The notes beneath the pieces are model-generated. The model worked only from the letters and a program-made list of their open reading frames with translations. It did no database searches and had not been told where the DNA came from. Of a stretch of DNA of 64,000 bases, positions 18,945 through 30,621 are shown piece after piece. The stretch comes from an uncultured Gammaproteobacteria bacterium. GTDB lineage: Bacteria; Patescibacteriota; Microgenomatia; Levybacterales; GWA1-39-11. The DNA is taken from positions 1,056-65,055 of the forward strand of contig CAZYWG010000011.1 in the NCBI GenBank assembly GCA_964651815.1. Reading direction: 5' to 3'. Made by a program: the position numbers and the translations under genes. Numbering within the stretch: position 1 is the first letter of the stretch; every line of letters starts with the position of its first letter.

Positions 18945-20294
18945 TTATCTTCGAGCAATTGTGTAAGTTTGTGGAAAGTATAAGAAGGTAGCGGGTGCAT
19001 CATCTATAAAATATTTTTGGAAATCTGAATATATACTCTGCCTTCTTTCTATGTCTGTTGTTGATCTGCCGTCTTCAAGAAGTTTATCAATTCGCTTACT
19101 GTTGTAACGAGTTATATTATTTGGTTGTGCGGAGTGCCACAATGTATATTGGTCGGGATCCTGTGGTAATTTGATGGGATAAATTAAGACTTGAAAAGTT
19201 TGGGGCAATTCACTAACAATTTTTATTTTGGATTTTATACCAATTTTCTGCCACTCTCTCTGAACTATATTAGCAACGTCCAGGAATTCGTCTGTTGTTG
19301 AAATTTCTAGCGTTAATTTACCAATGTCTTTGTTTCCGGATATTAGATTTTTAGATATTGCTATGTCTGAAATTCCGTAATTTGGTGGCTTGGAAAAGTA
19401 GATTGACGTTGGGGGAATTGATGAATATGCTCTGTCTCCCAGAGAAAACCTGGACGGTATAGCAAAGGAAAGCGCTTCCCTGAGTTTTTTATCTGATAAA
19501 TTACTGTCATTATTATTGTAGAAAAGCGTTACAAGATCGGAATAATTTATGTTACGGGAGATATTTACATTTTTCCAACTTGAAAGATCCTGGTTATCAA
19601 GAGTCGAGTTATCAAGGTTATATGCCGTGTCTACTTCACCCAAAGCAAATCCCGTTTTCAAAGCATCTTGTGTGGGGTAAAAAATTATGGTTTTTTTAAC
19701 ACCAGCATTTTGTGTACTAACTAGAGTTAATGTATGAATAAAACCCGCGTTTATATCAATGTTCTTAATTTTGTAAAAACCAAGACCATATAGATTTTTT
19801 TCGAGAAGAGGATGTGAGGCTAAAGTGAGAAAAGGTGAATAAGGACTTTTGAGATCAAATTCTACAGTATATTTGTCAACATTTTTTCTCTTTACATCTG
19901 CAAAGGACAATGGAAGGCTTGTTGTATCAAGTTCGCGTCCATCATGGAAATACTGACCTCGTCTTATATAAAAAACATAAGTTTTGCCTTCATTTTTTAC
20001 GTCCCATTTATAAGCAGCAGCAGGAGCAATTGAGCCATCCTTATTCAGCTTTGTAAGGCCATATGAGACGTCTGAAATAATTTGCATTGGGATATTTCTT
20101 GCAGTGTATGACCCGGAATAACCAATTTTTTGGATCCTTTTTTCAAATACAGGCAAGATATAGAAGTTAAATGCTATAAGCGAGACAAAGAAAACAAGTG
20201 CACCAACAATAATTGAGGAGAAAATAGTTTTACTCCAGCGCCTTAAATATGCTTTTAATAGCCAAAAGTAATAGCGTCTCCTAACAATAGTCAT
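18945..20294 (-). CDS. ABC transporter substrate-binding protein, family 5
   Basis: N-terminal TM anchor; YGLTK, FHDG, DPDQYTLWHS and NITRY motifs. Confidence 0.8.
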   Translation of the reverse strand: MTIVRRRYYFWLLKAYLRRWSKTIFSSIIVGALVFFVSLIAFNFYILPVFEKRIQKIGYSGSYTARNIPMQIISDVSYGLTKLNKDGSIAPAAAYKWDVKNEGKTYVFYIRRGQYFHDGRELDTTSLPLSFADVKRKNVDKYTVEFDLKSPYSPFLTLASHPLLEKNLYGLGFYKIKNIDINAGFIHTLTLVSTQNAGVKKTIIFYPTQDALKTGFALGEVDTAYNLDNSTLDNQDLSSWKNVNISRNINYSDLVTLFYNNNDSNLSDKKLREALSFAIPSRFSLGDRAYSSIPPTSIYFSKPPNYGISDIAISKNLISGNKDIGKLTLEISTTDEFLDVANIVQREWQKIGIKSKIKIVSELPQTFQVLIYPIKLPQDPDQYTLWHSAQPNNITRYNSKRIDKLLEDGRSTTDIERRQSIYSDFQKYFIDDAPATFLYFPQTYTIARR

Positions 20295-20340
20295 GCATTA
20301 AATTTAATGAAGCAAATTTGTTTACCCATGAAAGCTGGGC

Positions 20341-20556
20341 CTAGATAAGGACAGCCAGAATCGAGAGACTAGCAAAAAGTAAAGCTAAAAATATCGTGGC
20401 ATAGAACAAAAATTTCTCAAGCCCCTTCTTGCTTCTATAGGATTGTGCTCCTCCTCCAAACGCGACACCAACGTCGGTCCCTCTGTTTTGTAGCATTACA
20501 ACTACAATTAAGACTACAGAGATTATTATTTGTAATACATTAATAATAAGTTTCAT
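20341..20556 (-). CDS. secG: Preprotein translocase subunit SecG
   Basis: Two TMs with LQNRG..G.AFGG linker and RSKKGLEKFL. Confidence 0.9.
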   Translation of the reverse strand: MKLIINVLQIIISVVLIVVVMLQNRGTDVGVAFGGGAQSYRSKKGLEKFLFYATIFLALLFASLSILAVLI

Positions 20557-20957
20557 CTTTCAAAAATCCAGGAAAGAAATCTTCCGAGAAGGTATATTGT
20601 AGCAGAAACTGCCACTATTGACAAAATTCCTGAAATGTAGATTCGGTTTATGTGTATTCCAAGAAAAGTTATTCCCTGAAAAATAAAACTTGCAATTGCG
20701 ATATTATGGTAAAAATATGTCAATACAAGAAGCGAAACAAGTGTGCTCAAAAATGAAAGTAAACCAAGAGTCAAAAGGTTAAAAGGTAGTGTCACAATTT
20801 TAACAACTGGATCTATTATAATTGACAGTATTGAGAGTAAAATTCCTGCATAAATATATGTCGAAAAACCACCTCTCACAATAAGACCCGAAAATAAAAG
20901 TGATACTAAAAATAAGGATAGCGCATTCACAGCAGACCGTCTTATAATTTCCTTCAT
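20553..20957 (-). CDS. Phage_holin_4_2/YvlD-family membrane protein
   Basis: P..K.VTLPFNLLTLGL motif, 4 TMs. Confidence 0.75.
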   Translation of the reverse strand: MKEIIRRSAVNALSLFLVSLLFSGLIVRGGFSTYIYAGILLSILSIIIDPVVKIVTLPFNLLTLGLLSFLSTLVSLLVLTYFYHNIAIASFIFQGITFLGIHINRIYISGILSIVAVSATIYLLGRFLSWIFER

Positions 20958-20988
20958 GAGATTATCGTAACAGGCAAAGGCTTTCTTT

Positions 20989-22287
20989 TCAAATGTTTAA
21001 GGCTCGACGCCTCAATAACTTGTGGTATGTTATGGCAAATCTGTGTGCCTCATCCCTGATTCTTCTCAATAAATTTATTCCTGGAGTAGATGTAGGTAGT
21101 TTTACTTCAAGAAAATCTAGACCCAGCCCAGTTTTAACTGGCACGACTATTGTTTCCTCACGTTTTGCAAGACCAATGACTGGCACTTTATAATTTGTCT
21201 CAGCGTGTGCCTGTAAAACCGCAGAAACCTGGCCTTTTCCGCCATCTATAACCATAAGATTAGGTTTTTCCCAGTCCTCTCTTGCAATTCTTCTGCGCGC
21301 AACTTCCCTATGCATTTCAAAATCGTCCGGGGTTTTTTTAAATTTTATCTTAAATCTTCTATAATCATTTTTAGATACATCGCCATTTATAAATACAACC
21401 ATAGATCCTGTAGCGTTTTTCCCTGAAAAATTAGATATGTCATAGCATTCAATCCTATGCAAATTTCCAACGTCAAGTGCATATTTATTTAATATTTCCG
21501 AAAGAGAGGCTACTTCTGCCTTAATCCTTTCAAAGTAAAAATCAGGCTTTTCCTCGTATTTAAAGGGATTGTAATTTTCCTGAGTTATAAAATCAATTTT
21601 TTCAATTTTTTTCTGGATTTCAGACGCCTTTTCAAATTCTTCTAGCTTTATATATTCTTTTTGTTCGCCTAAAAGTTCTTTTACAACTTTTTCTTTACCG
21701 CCTTCAAGAAATGAGGTGAGACTCTTTAAATTCTTTCTATATTCCGGAAGTCTCTCCGGAAATACAGGTATACAAGGACATAATTTTAAGTGGTTATAAA
21801 GGCAACGTTTTGGAGGATGGTTTTTAACAGATTGAAAAGGAAAAATACGGCGTAAAATTCGCAAAATTATTTTAAGGTCAGTGACGTTTGTGTAGGGACC
21901 AAAATATGAAGCATTCTTCTCACCAGTCTTTCTAGTAATCACGACATATGGTATTTCATTTTTGGCATTTTTAATATTTCCTATTTTTAGGTATGGATAA
22001 AACTTATCATCAGACAATTTAATGTTATAGAGGGGTTTGTATTTTTTGATTAAAGATGCTTCTAGGAGGAATGCTTCTATTTCTGAACCAACAACTATAT
22101 GGTCTAAATTTTTAGCCTCTCCAACCAATCTTAAGGTCTTTGAGTCAAGCGCTTTATTTGAAAAGTAATTTGAAATGCGTTTTTTAAGGTCTTTTGCTTT
22201 CCCAACATAAATAACATCACCGTTTCCGGCCTTGAAAATATATACTCCAGGTTTTGAAGGTAACGCTCGCCACAATTGTTGATCCAC
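20989..22287 (-). CDS. uvrC: Excinuclease ABC subunit C (lacks C-terminal HhH)
   Basis: GVY-YVG, UVR domain, RIECYDISN, IDGGKGQ, RDEAHRFA. Confidence 0.9.
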   Translation of the reverse strand: MDQQLWRALPSKPGVYIFKAGNGDVIYVGKAKDLKKRISNYFSNKALDSKTLRLVGEAKNLDHIVVGSEIEAFLLEASLIKKYKPLYNIKLSDDKFYPYLKIGNIKNAKNEIPYVVITRKTGEKNASYFGPYTNVTDLKIILRILRRIFPFQSVKNHPPKRCLYNHLKLCPCIPVFPERLPEYRKNLKSLTSFLEGGKEKVVKELLGEQKEYIKLEEFEKASEIQKKIEKIDFITQENYNPFKYEEKPDFYFERIKAEVASLSEILNKYALDVGNLHRIECYDISNFSGKNATGSMVVFINGDVSKNDYRRFKIKFKKTPDDFEMHREVARRRIAREDWEKPNLMVIDGGKGQVSAVLQAHAETNYKVPVIGLAKREETIVVPVKTGLGLDFLEVKLPTSTPGINLLRRIRDEAHRFAITYHKLLRRRALNI

Positions 22288-24046
22288 AGATTATAATTCC
22301 TCCAAGCACAAGCAGATAATAGTCTGGAAGCATTCCAACATTAATTGTCCTTTGAAGATAGTACCCATCAAAACCGATTTTAACTTGAATTGAACGTGTT
22401 GTCAAAAATGGTGTCTTATCAAAAGATACTGTGATGGTTTTTGTCCCATACGGGAGAATTGTACCAACATAATAACTTTGTTTTTTTGGAGTGAAATTAG
22501 AATTTACATTTAGTGTCTTATTTCTTAAAGGCACATTCCCTTTGTTTTGAATACTTATTGTGCCAATTATTGGAAAGCCTGAAAATGCCTGGTTTGGAAA
22601 GTTTGGAATAATTGAAGAATTAATAGTATCATTAAATCTGTCTTCCCCGTTCAAGGTAATGTTTACGTCTTTTGAATTACCACTAAGCTTGTATTCTCCA
22701 GCTGGAACAGGATATGTGCTGCTTTGGCCTTTAATTGCAAACACAATATGGTCAAAATCAAGGTCGTTAAAATAGTCTAGCCCGTGAGTTGTGTTTCCCC
22801 AAGTTGGATCAACCATAATCCATGTCTTACTTTTCCCATCATAATATTCTGGCCAAGAATGGAGGACATCTGCAACCAAGGAAAGCGGCCTGAGTCTGCT
22901 ATTATCAGTATACGCGTATCCCTCTACTTCTCGAGCCGGAATGTTAGCAGCTCTTGCAAGTGCTACAAATAAATCCGTGAATTCAAGGCAAACCGCAAAA
23001 TTTGGTTTGTTTAAAGCGCCTTCCGCACCAAGCCTTACATTGCTGCCGGAAATTTTGTCATAGTTATATGAGAGAGTTTTTAAAACGTATTTATAAATTG
23101 CCTCGGGAGTTTTTAATTTTTGGGCGAGAGACTTTATTTCTTGGTTGTCAGACTCCCAATATTTGTCCGGTTTTAAATCTTCTTTGGAAGGCTGTTGAGA
23201 AGTTTGTGTACTATTTGAGAATACTTTTACAACTACATTTGCCACAATATCTTTCTTCTCACCCGGTTTTAAGTTATATGTTGCAAGCCAATTTCCGTCT
23301 TTGTCCTGGTAAACATCTGCAGGTTCTGGTTTTATTGATAAAATTCGCGCGTCCTGGTAGTTAGTTTGTGGTGGAAGGGCAATTTCAGTTTTCACCGGAA
23401 CTATTTGAGAATCAACCAGATGATAAGAAAGCTTTAGAGTATAAAATTGATGATCACCAAATACAATAAATATTCCTGCTTTGCCAATTTCATCTTTTGA
23501 ATAATCGTATGTTGTAGAGTTTTTAAATTTTTTGTATGGCTTGAGAATACTAGGTGTGCCAAAGGATTCGGGTACCGTCACATCCGAGGTGTAGTCTGTA
23601 AAGTTTGCCGGATCAGATATCCCTGGTATTGAGACCTCCCAAGTATTTCCTTTATTTTTTGCGATATTCGATGTGGTATAGGTAATAGTAAATTGATTTT
23701 TAGTCCCAATTCCTACAATCCGTTTTGGAAATGAAACGCCAATACTCTTCCCTTGTGAATCTTTTTTTACGGCGTTAGGCAACACTCCATCTTTACTACT
23801 CGCGTGAACGTCTCGTACATCACTAAAACCTACGGAGACCGTATATGAAGGACTATAAACAAACTGTGTTTTATTTTTAATTGTGACATTTTGAGTAACC
23901 TTAGTATCCCCGTTTTCTTGGACGTTATAAGTAACGGCAGTTGAAATATCAAAATCTTTATCAGCGTATGACTGAGCACGAAAATACGAGAAAATAAAGC
24001 ACAGGAAAAATAAGATGAATATAAAAGAAATTGGTTTGAATTTCAC
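22217..24046 (-). CDS. Secreted/anchored transglutaminase-like domain protein
   Basis: Signal peptide; AVCLEF, LHSWPE and VDPTWG Cys-His-Asp triad; C-terminal TM. Confidence 0.8.
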   Translation of the reverse strand: MKFKPISFIFILFFLCFIFSYFRAQSYADKDFDISTAVTYNVQENGDTKVTQNVTIKNKTQFVYSPSYTVSVGFSDVRDVHASSKDGVLPNAVKKDSQGKSIGVSFPKRIVGIGTKNQFTITYTTSNIAKNKGNTWEVSIPGISDPANFTDYTSDVTVPESFGTPSILKPYKKFKNSTTYDYSKDEIGKAGIFIVFGDHQFYTLKLSYHLVDSQIVPVKTEIALPPQTNYQDARILSIKPEPADVYQDKDGNWLATYNLKPGEKKDIVANVVVKVFSNSTQTSQQPSKEDLKPDKYWESDNQEIKSLAQKLKTPEAIYKYVLKTLSYNYDKISGSNVRLGAEGALNKPNFAVCLEFTDLFVALARAANIPAREVEGYAYTDNSRLRPLSLVADVLHSWPEYYDGKSKTWIMVDPTWGNTTHGLDYFNDLDFDHIVFAIKGQSSTYPVPAGEYKLSGNSKDVNITLNGEDRFNDTINSSIIPNFPNQAFSGFPIIGTISIQNKGNVPLRNKTLNVNSNFTPKKQSYYVGTILPYGTKTITVSFDKTPFLTTRSIQVKIGFDGYYLQRTINVGMLPDYYLLVLGGIIICGSTIVASVTFKTWSIYFQGRKR

Positions 24047-24084
24047 TGTTATCTAATGATAACAAATTTAACTAGGCTTAGAAT

Positions 24085-24867
24085 TTAATACAACTTTGCG
24101 AGGCCGTTTTGTAAAACTTTATCAAAACTCATTTTAAGAAAAACTAGAGATCCCGCAAGGTAAATAATATCAATAACAAAAGCGGCAATTAGCATATTCA
24201 TGTTTACTTGTTGCTTGAGAATAACCTGTCGCATTCCTTCAAAGATATAACTTGGCGGAATAAGAAGTGCCACTTTTTGAGCCCATACTGGTAAGGTAGA
24301 CACTGAATAGTATATTGCGGAAAAAGGCGAGATAAGCGCCATGGTTGACCACGCAAGAGTTTGGATTTTCGTTGTATAACGCAAGATTAGTCCAGAGACA
24401 AAAAATCCAACAGAATATGCGAACAAAGTAAGTAGAGCAAGAAATGGCAAAAGATAAAATCCCTGGCTAAAGATGTTCATTTTATAAAGCACAAGTGCGA
24501 GTAGAGCTGCCACAAAAAAACTAACAGTAGATTTTGTTACGGCTGTAATAACTATTGAAGTTATCCATTCTGGAAAAGTAAGTGGGGTTGTAAAAATATT
24601 CACCATATTCCTGTTCCATAATACTTCTAAAAGGCCAAATGATATTTCTCTTTGTCCCTGATAGACAATGGTCCAAAGAACAAGCCCGGACATAATAATT
24701 GGGATAAGCGTTGGGATGTTTGAATTCCTTGTAAAATAAAGGCTCGTTAATCCCCATACAATAACGTCTATTGTTGGCCAGTAAAAAACGTCAGTGATCC
24801 TATCAGGACTACTCTTCAAAATATAAAGATAATGTAAAATTGTGCCTTTAATTCTATAAAATTTCAT
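24085..24867 (-). CDS. ABC-2 type permease
   Basis: Six TMs; YSVSTLPVWAQ..ALLIPPSYIFEGMR motif. Confidence 0.85.
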   Translation of the reverse strand: MKFYRIKGTILHYLYILKSSPDRITDVFYWPTIDVIVWGLTSLYFTRNSNIPTLIPIIMSGLVLWTIVYQGQREISFGLLEVLWNRNMVNIFTTPLTFPEWITSIVITAVTKSTVSFFVAALLALVLYKMNIFSQGFYLLPFLALLTLFAYSVGFFVSGLILRYTTKIQTLAWSTMALISPFSAIYYSVSTLPVWAQKVALLIPPSYIFEGMRQVILKQQVNMNMLIAAFVIDIIYLAGSLVFLKMSFDKVLQNGLAKLY

Positions 24868-25780
24868 GGTTTGTCCCCTTTCCTATAACTTGTAAAAAAT
24901 AATCCTCAAGCGAGGGTCTTTCTATGCTAATTTCACTATACGAAACGTTACTTTTATTTAGATTCTGCAAAAGTGAAGGTATTTTAGAACTTTCAAGTGA
25001 GATGTATATCGATTTTCCATCGATTTCATATTTTAACTTCTCTGAGGCACAATATGATGTAACTTTTTTCAGATTTTTTTCAATAAATAATTCAACGCGG
25101 CAGATTTTTATTGATTTGATAAGAGCAGCCGGAGTATCGTTTGCAATAATTTTACCGTTGTTTATTACTATTACCCTATCGCATAGCTCTTCAACTTCTG
25201 CCATATTATGAGATGTGATGATAACTGAAACTTTGTATTCTTTCCTTTCTTTCAACACAAGGTTTCTAATATATTTTGCAATTTCAACGTCAAGTGAAGC
25301 GGTGGGTTCGTCAAGTAGCAAAATTTTTGGGTAATTAATAAAAGCCTTTGCCATATTTACTTTGGTCAATTGCCCTGCTGACAAGTCTGCCATTATCTTC
25401 TTTTCTATATCCTCCATTTTAAAAAGTTTAATTATCTCCCTAACTCTTTGTTTTCTGTCTTTAATTAAAAACATGTGTGAAATCCAAGTTAAATTCTCTT
25501 TAACCGTTAGATACCAAGGCAAATTAGTATAAGTAGAAGAAAAACCTATCTGCTCCATGATTTCCGTCCTTTGATTTTTCAGTTTTTTCCCAAAATAATA
25601 CACCTCACCAGCACTTGGCGTTAGAATCCCTAAAAGCATTTGTATTGTTGTTGTTTTTCCAGCTCCATTTGGGCCTAAAATTCCAAGAATTTCGCCCTCT
25701 TTGAGCTGAATTGAAACATTATCAACCGCAACAAAATCACCAAATTTTTTACTAAGACTTTTAGTCTCAAGAATATACAT
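24854..25780 (-). CDS. ABC transporter ATP-binding protein
   Basis: GPNGAGKTT, LSAGQ, LLLDEPT, TSHNM. Confidence 0.9.
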   Translation of the reverse strand: MYILETKSLSKKFGDFVAVDNVSIQLKEGEILGILGPNGAGKTTTIQMLLGILTPSAGEVYYFGKKLKNQRTEIMEQIGFSSTYTNLPWYLTVKENLTWISHMFLIKDRKQRVREIIKLFKMEDIEKKIMADLSAGQLTKVNMAKAFINYPKILLLDEPTASLDVEIAKYIRNLVLKERKEYKVSVIITSHNMAEVEELCDRVIVINNGKIIANDTPAALIKSIKICRVELFIEKNLKKVTSYCASEKLKYEIDGKSIYISLESSKIPSLLQNLNKSNVSYSEISIERPSLEDYFLQVIGKGTNHEIL

Positions 25781-25832
25781 AAAATTATTGTAACAAGCAG
25801 AGGAATTATATGCTATCGAGGAACTTGGAAAA

Positions 25833-28712
25833 TTAGAGCTCTCTTTTTAGATATTGGCCTGTGTAAGAAGTAGGGTTATTGGCAATTTGTATAGGAGTGC
25901 CTGTTGCAAGAATTTTACCTCCTGCGTCTCCCCCCTCAGGTCCAAGATCTATTATCCAGTCTGCATTTTTAATTATATCAAGATTATGCTCAATTACAAT
26001 AACAGTGTTTCCCTTTTCAACTAGACGCCTCATAACACCAATTAATTTTTCAAGGTCTGCAAAGTGAAGCCCCGTTGTTGGCTCATCAAGTAAATATAAA
26101 CTGCTATTGTTCCCTTTTTTAGAAAGTTCTGACGCAAGCTTTATTCTTTGAGCTTCCCCTCCAGAAAGCGTAGTTGCTGCCTGCCCAAGTTTTATGTAAG
26201 AAAGCCCCACTTCTTTAAGCGTTGCGAGTTTGTTGAATAGACCTTCATGGAATGAAAGAAAATCAAGGGCTTCGTCAACGCTCATTCCAAGAACCTCTGA
26301 AATATTTTTTCCTTCAAAATCAATTTCAAGAGTGTCTTGTGTGTAGCGTGTTCCATTGCAAGTCTCACAAGTTACAAAAACATCAGGTAAAAATTGCATT
26401 TCTATTTTAATCTGCCCTTCCCCTTCACATGTTTCGCATCTGCCTCCCCTTACGTTAAATGAAAATCTTCCAGGTCCATACCCTCTCATGCGTGCTTCAC
26501 GAGAATTTGCAAACAAATCACGAATGTAAGTAAAAGCTCCGGTGTAGGTGGCAGGGTTTGATCTTGGTGTCCTTCCAATTGGAGATTGGTCAATCATAAA
26601 TACTCGTTTTAGCATTTCGTCCCCAATTATTTCATCAAACGATCCGGGTTTTTCTTTGTGAAATGGATTTTTCCGTAGTGCTAATACATGATACAAAACG
26701 TCATTAATTAAAGTAGATTTTCCACTTCCGGAAACGCCTGTCACGCAAACAAGTGAACCAAGCGGGAATTTTACATCAACATTTTTTAAGTTGTGGGCAC
26801 TGACTCCTTTAAGTTCTAAATAGTTTTCTATTTTATTGATATTGAAATTGTGGTTTTTATTAGTAATTTTCTTTTTTCCGGAAAGATAAGCACCCGTTAT
26901 AGAGTTTGGGTCATCAATTATTTCCTGTGCTGTCCCTTTTGAAATAATTCTACCGCCAGCTTCTCCCGCCGCCGGTCCGATATCAAAAATATAGTCAGCC
27001 TCCATCATCATCTCACGGTCATGCTCAACAACTATGACGGAATTACCAAGATCTCTTAGCTTTTTTAGAGTATTTATTAGTTTTGTATTGTCTCTTGGGT
27101 GAAGACCAATTGAAGGTTCATCGAGAACATACAAAACGCCTGACAAACCCGAACCAATTTGGGACGCCAATCTGATCCTTTGTGCTTCTCCCCCGGCAAG
27201 CGTTTGGGCGGAGCGTGACAGAGTTAAATAAGAAAGGCCAACGTCAATCAAAAACTTAAGCCTGGTTGTAATTTCCCGCAATATTATTTTTGCAATTTGT
27301 TTTTCGCGTGAAGAAAGTTTATCAAACAAAGTTGAAATGAATTCAAAAGATTTTTCTATTGACTGGTCGGATAAACCCACAATAGATAGGTCATCTATAG
27401 TAATTGATAATGCCTCGGGTTTTAACCGTTTTCCGTGGCATTCTTCACAAACAAGTTCTGTCATAAATTTTTCAATTTCGTGCTTAATAAGATCAGATTC
27501 TGATTCGTTATGGCGTTTTAGAAGGTAATTAACTACACCAGTATATGGCTCATAAATTTTGGTATTGTCACCAAAACGGTTTTTTCCTTTCACCTCATAA
27601 AGCTCGTCGCCTGTTCCATATAAAACTATTTTCTTCTGCGCATCCGTAAGTTCCCGAATTTCAACCCTAAGCGGAACATTGTTTTTTTCAAGCGCTTGCT
27701 TAACAGTCCTTGCTGTCCAAGTGTCCTGTTCACCAATATTTGCAAACGCCAAAATCCCGCCCTCATTAATAGAGAGGTGAGGGTTTAAAACCAGATCTTC
27801 GTCAACTGACTGAATAACGCCAAGCCCGTTACATGTTGGGCAAGCACCGTATGGTGAATTAAAGGAAAAAAGTCTAGGTTCAATTTCCTGGAGTGCAAGT
27901 CCGCATTTTGGGCAAGCAAATTTCTCAGAATAAAATGTGTCTTCCATGCTTTTTGGTTTTTCAGGGATTGAAAACCCTTTATCTTTAATTTCCGTTACAA
28001 CTAATTCCCGACTTCCCAAATTTAAGGCTTGTTCAACGGAATCAACCAATCGTTGCCTTTCAAAATTTTTATCTAACGCCAAACGGTCAACTACGGCTTC
28101 AATTGTATGTTTGTTAGTTTTAATCAAAACTAAATCTTCGTCTAACCCAAAAATAATTCCATCAATTCTTACCCTTTGAAACCCACGCTTTTTTAAATCC
28201 TTAAATAGATCTGAATATTCCCCTCGTCTGCCCTTTACAATTGGTGCCAGAACCATAATTCTTACTGGCGCTACTCTCACAAATTTCATAATAATATCTT
28301 CAACAATTTTTTCTTTTGTGGTCCTTGATATTTCCGTTCCGTCATTTGGACAATGAGGGTGCCCTATCCTTGCGTACAAAAGCCTGAGATAATCGTAAAT
28401 TTCGGTTACTGTTCCGACAGTAGAACGAGGGTTATGGGAAGTTGACTTTTGATCGATTGAGATAGAGGGAGACAATCCTTCAATCAAGTCAACATCAGGT
28501 TTTTTCATAATACCCAAAAATTGCCTGGCGTAAGACGAAAGACTTTCTACATAACGCCTTTGCCCTTCAGCATAAATAGTGTCAAATGCAAGAGAACTTT
28601 TACCGCTTCCAGAAAGTCCGGTAAAAACCACAAGTTTATACTTTGGTATCTCCAAATCAACGTCTTTAAGATTATGTTCACGAGCTCCTTTAACTATAAT
28701 TTTGTCTATCAT
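25833..28712 (-). CDS. uvrA: Excinuclease ABC subunit A
   Basis: GAREHNLK, two Walker A motifs, zinc fingers, [11 protein letters not shown]. Confidence 0.98.
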   Translation of the reverse strand: MIDKIIVKGAREHNLKDVDLEIPKYKLVVFTGLSGSGKSSLAFDTIYAEGQRRYVESLSSYARQFLGIMKKPDVDLIEGLSPSISIDQKSTSHNPRSTVGTVTEIYDYLRLLYARIGHPHCPNDGTEISRTTKEKIVEDIIMKFVRVAPVRIMVLAPIVKGRRGEYSDLFKDLKKRGFQRVRIDGIIFGLDEDLVLIKTNKHTIEAVVDRLALDKNFERQRLVDSVEQALNLGSRELVVTEIKDKGFSIPEKPKSMEDTFYSEKFACPKCGLALQEIEPRLFSFNSPYGACPTCNGLGVIQSVDEDLVLNPHLSINEGGILAFANIGEQDTWTARTVKQALEKNNVPLRVEIRELTDAQKKIVLYGTGDELYEVKGKNRFGDNTKIYEPYTGVVNYLLKRHNESESDLIKHEIEKFMTELVCEECHGKRLKPEALSITIDDLSIVGLSDQSIEKSFEFISTLFDKLSSREKQIAKIILREITTRLKFLIDVGLSYLTLSRSAQTLAGGEAQRIRLASQIGSGLSGVLYVLDEPSIGLHPRDNTKLINTLKKLRDLGNSVIVVEHDREMMMEADYIFDIGPAAGEAGGRIISKGTAQEIIDDPNSITGAYLSGKKKITNKNHNFNINKIENYLELKGVSAHNLKNVDVKFPLGSLVCVTGVSGSGKSTLINDVLYHVLALRKNPFHKEKPGSFDEIIGDEMLKRVFMIDQSPIGRTPRSNPATYTGAFTYIRDLFANSREARMRGYGPGRFSFNVRGGRCETCEGEGQIKIEMQFLPDVFVTCETCNGTRYTQDTLEIDFEGKNISEVLGMSVDEALDFLSFHEGLFNKLATLKEVGLSYIKLGQAATTLSGGEAQRIKLASELSKKGNNSSLYLLDEPTTGLHFADLEKLIGVMRRLVEKGNTVIVIEHNLDIIKNADWIIDLGPEGGDAGGKILATGTPIQIANNPTSYTGQYLKREL

Positions 28713-28848
28713 GGGGTGACTTTAAGAATGTTTTTAATAAAACTTAAAGTTTTCTATTATAACCCTTATGTTCCACCCAGAGCAAGCCCTTACAAAATAG
28801 GAAGTGTCGAATGCTATTTTTGAAGCCAATTTTATGAAGTAGACGATT

Positions 28849-29514
28849 CTACACCAAATCAGGCAGAAAAGTATGGGTCCAATCGGATATATTTGTGACA
28901 GTACGAAGTTTTACCTCCTCGTCAATTGGCGGATCAAAAAAATTATCTGATAGATAAAAAAAGGTGCCGTTTGTTTTGTTTTTGGCTACCGTAAAGCCGT
29001 TATGCGCAACTCTATCAAATAACGCAAAATAAAGTAATAATGAACCGGACATCACAACTTCAAAAGAACTATCCGATGCATCTTCTATTTGGTCAAGACC
29101 TACTCTTTGCTCCAGTCTGTTAAGTATTACGCCAGATTTTAAGTCGAGAGCTAAACGAAAGAAATTCCTACCTGTTTGTTCTGCCCGCGTTCTTCGTGAA
29201 GCGTGTTCCGACAACCACTCTCGGCTGAACTTTCCTGTTCTTGCTCCGGTAAGAAGTGCCGAATCTATTCTTTCACCGATGTGCGAGCCTACTCTATAGG
29301 CTTCAATTTCAAACCCGTCGGAAGCAAGCCTCGTGGCTTCATCCGTCAAATACATACTTTGTTGAAACATTAAGCTTACTGAACCAAACTTTACAACTTT
29401 CTCAGCTCTTTTCAATACTCTTGGGGTTTTGGGTCCTAAATCAACAATAAAAGGGAATTTATCGTTAAAACTTAGGTCAGCATCTTTCCTTTGTGGTGGA
29501 ATTTCGTAATTCAT
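28849..29514 (-). CDS. Hypothetical protein
   Basis: ORF of about 221 aa from MNYEIPP; no recognised motif. Confidence 0.5.
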   Translation of the reverse strand: MNYEIPPQRKDADLSFNDKFPFIVDLGPKTPRVLKRAEKVVKFGSVSLMFQQSMYLTDEATRLASDGFEIEAYRVGSHIGERIDSALLTGARTGKFSREWLSEHASRRTRAEQTGRNFFRLALDLKSGVILNRLEQRVGLDQIEDASDSSFEVVMSGSLLLYFALFDRVAHNGFTVAKNKTNGTFFYLSDNFFDPPIDEEVKLRTVTNISDWTHTFLPDLV

Positions 29515-29628
29515 ATAGCAAAATTGTAGCATATCAGTGCGCTTTCTTTAATACCAGCTCCTTACTTACAAATTCTTACATTGGGAAGTCAATTGCTTGC
29601 AAAATAATTATGCTGTATTATACAAAAT

Positions 29629-30621
29629 ATGGAAAAATGGCAACAAATACTAAATAAGCAAGTTTCGAGACGATCAGCCTTGGGTTTAGGTGTTGGAGCA
29701 GTAGTGACCATATCTTGTTCAGGATCAACAGATCGAAAACCAACTCCAAGCGCAGTTGCAACTTTTACACCAATTCCAAATAAAGAAGCAGTTTTTGGTC
29801 CGGAAGAACCCATCAGAAGATCTGAGGGTAACTGGACAGATTCTGATGTCGAGAATCTTTCAAGAAAAATGTTGAGTCAAACAGAATTAACCGAGATCCC
29901 TTTTGCCGGATCAATACTCATGAAAAACGTTAAAGGACAACCAAGTTTTTCTGAAGAGACATCTCTTTTTACAGATTTAAAGTTGATATTTAAAACCCAA
30001 AGATTGTTACCAGGCAATCCCCTCTCGCCCATAGCTACATTACCGGACTACAATGTAGGAACAATAGTTACTTTACCTGTTTTTAAAGCCAACGGAGAAC
30101 GAGTAGGTACTACCACGGGTCGATCAAGCATGGCACTCAAATTAATTACTATATCTACGCAAGCTACTCAAGGCCATTCGGATTTTTTTTTGATGTTCGG
30201 TGCTGCAAAGGAAATTATGAACTATAAGGGATTTGCGATGGGGCTTGAATATACTTTGAATCGCTCCGGATACAAAGTACCAGACGATCAAAAACAAAAA
30301 AATACGCTTATGTTAAAAATGTTTGATTTTGGCTATTCAGACTATGGGGATATGCCAACGCAATATATGTCTGATCTTTGGGCTCAATTTCTGATGATAC
30401 CTGACTATTTGAAAGCTAAGGAGTCGAGTAAGTTTTCAAGTAGTGACTTAGCGACATTGAGACTTACTGATGCTGCAGCAAATGATTTTATAAATAACAG
30501 TGTTCTTTCAAAAAATGCTGATGGTAAGTATATTTGGACACAAGATAAAAATAAGTTCTACGATAATTGGGTTAGAGTTGCGGGGGAAATATATACTGGA
30601 AAATTACCAATTGCTCCCTAG
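29629..30621 (+). CDS. Putative lipoprotein with twin-arginine-like N-terminus
   Basis: VSRRSALGLG...ISC-SG lipobox-like sequence followed by a Pro/Thr linker. Confidence 0.55.
   Translation: MEKWQQILNKQVSRRSALGLGVGAVVTISCSGSTDRKPTPSAVATFTPIPNKEAVFGPEEPIRRSEGNWTDSDVENLSRKMLSQTELTEIPFAGSILMKNVKGQPSFSEETSLFTDLKLIFKTQRLLPGNPLSPIATLPDYNVGTIVTLPVFKANGERVGTTTGRSSMALKLITISTQATQGHSDFFLMFGAAKEIMNYKGFAMGLEYTLNRSGYKVPDDQKQKNTLMLKMFDFGYSDYGDMPTQYMSDLWAQFLMIPDYLKAKESSKFSSSDLATLRLTDAAANDFINNSVLSKNADGKYIWTQDKNKFYDNWVRVAGEIYTGKLPIAP

Noticed and set aside
20989-22287. Short UvrC lacking HhH as a novel nuclease
   Set aside because: All other UvrC motifs are present and uvrA/uvrB are nearby; a truncated variant only.
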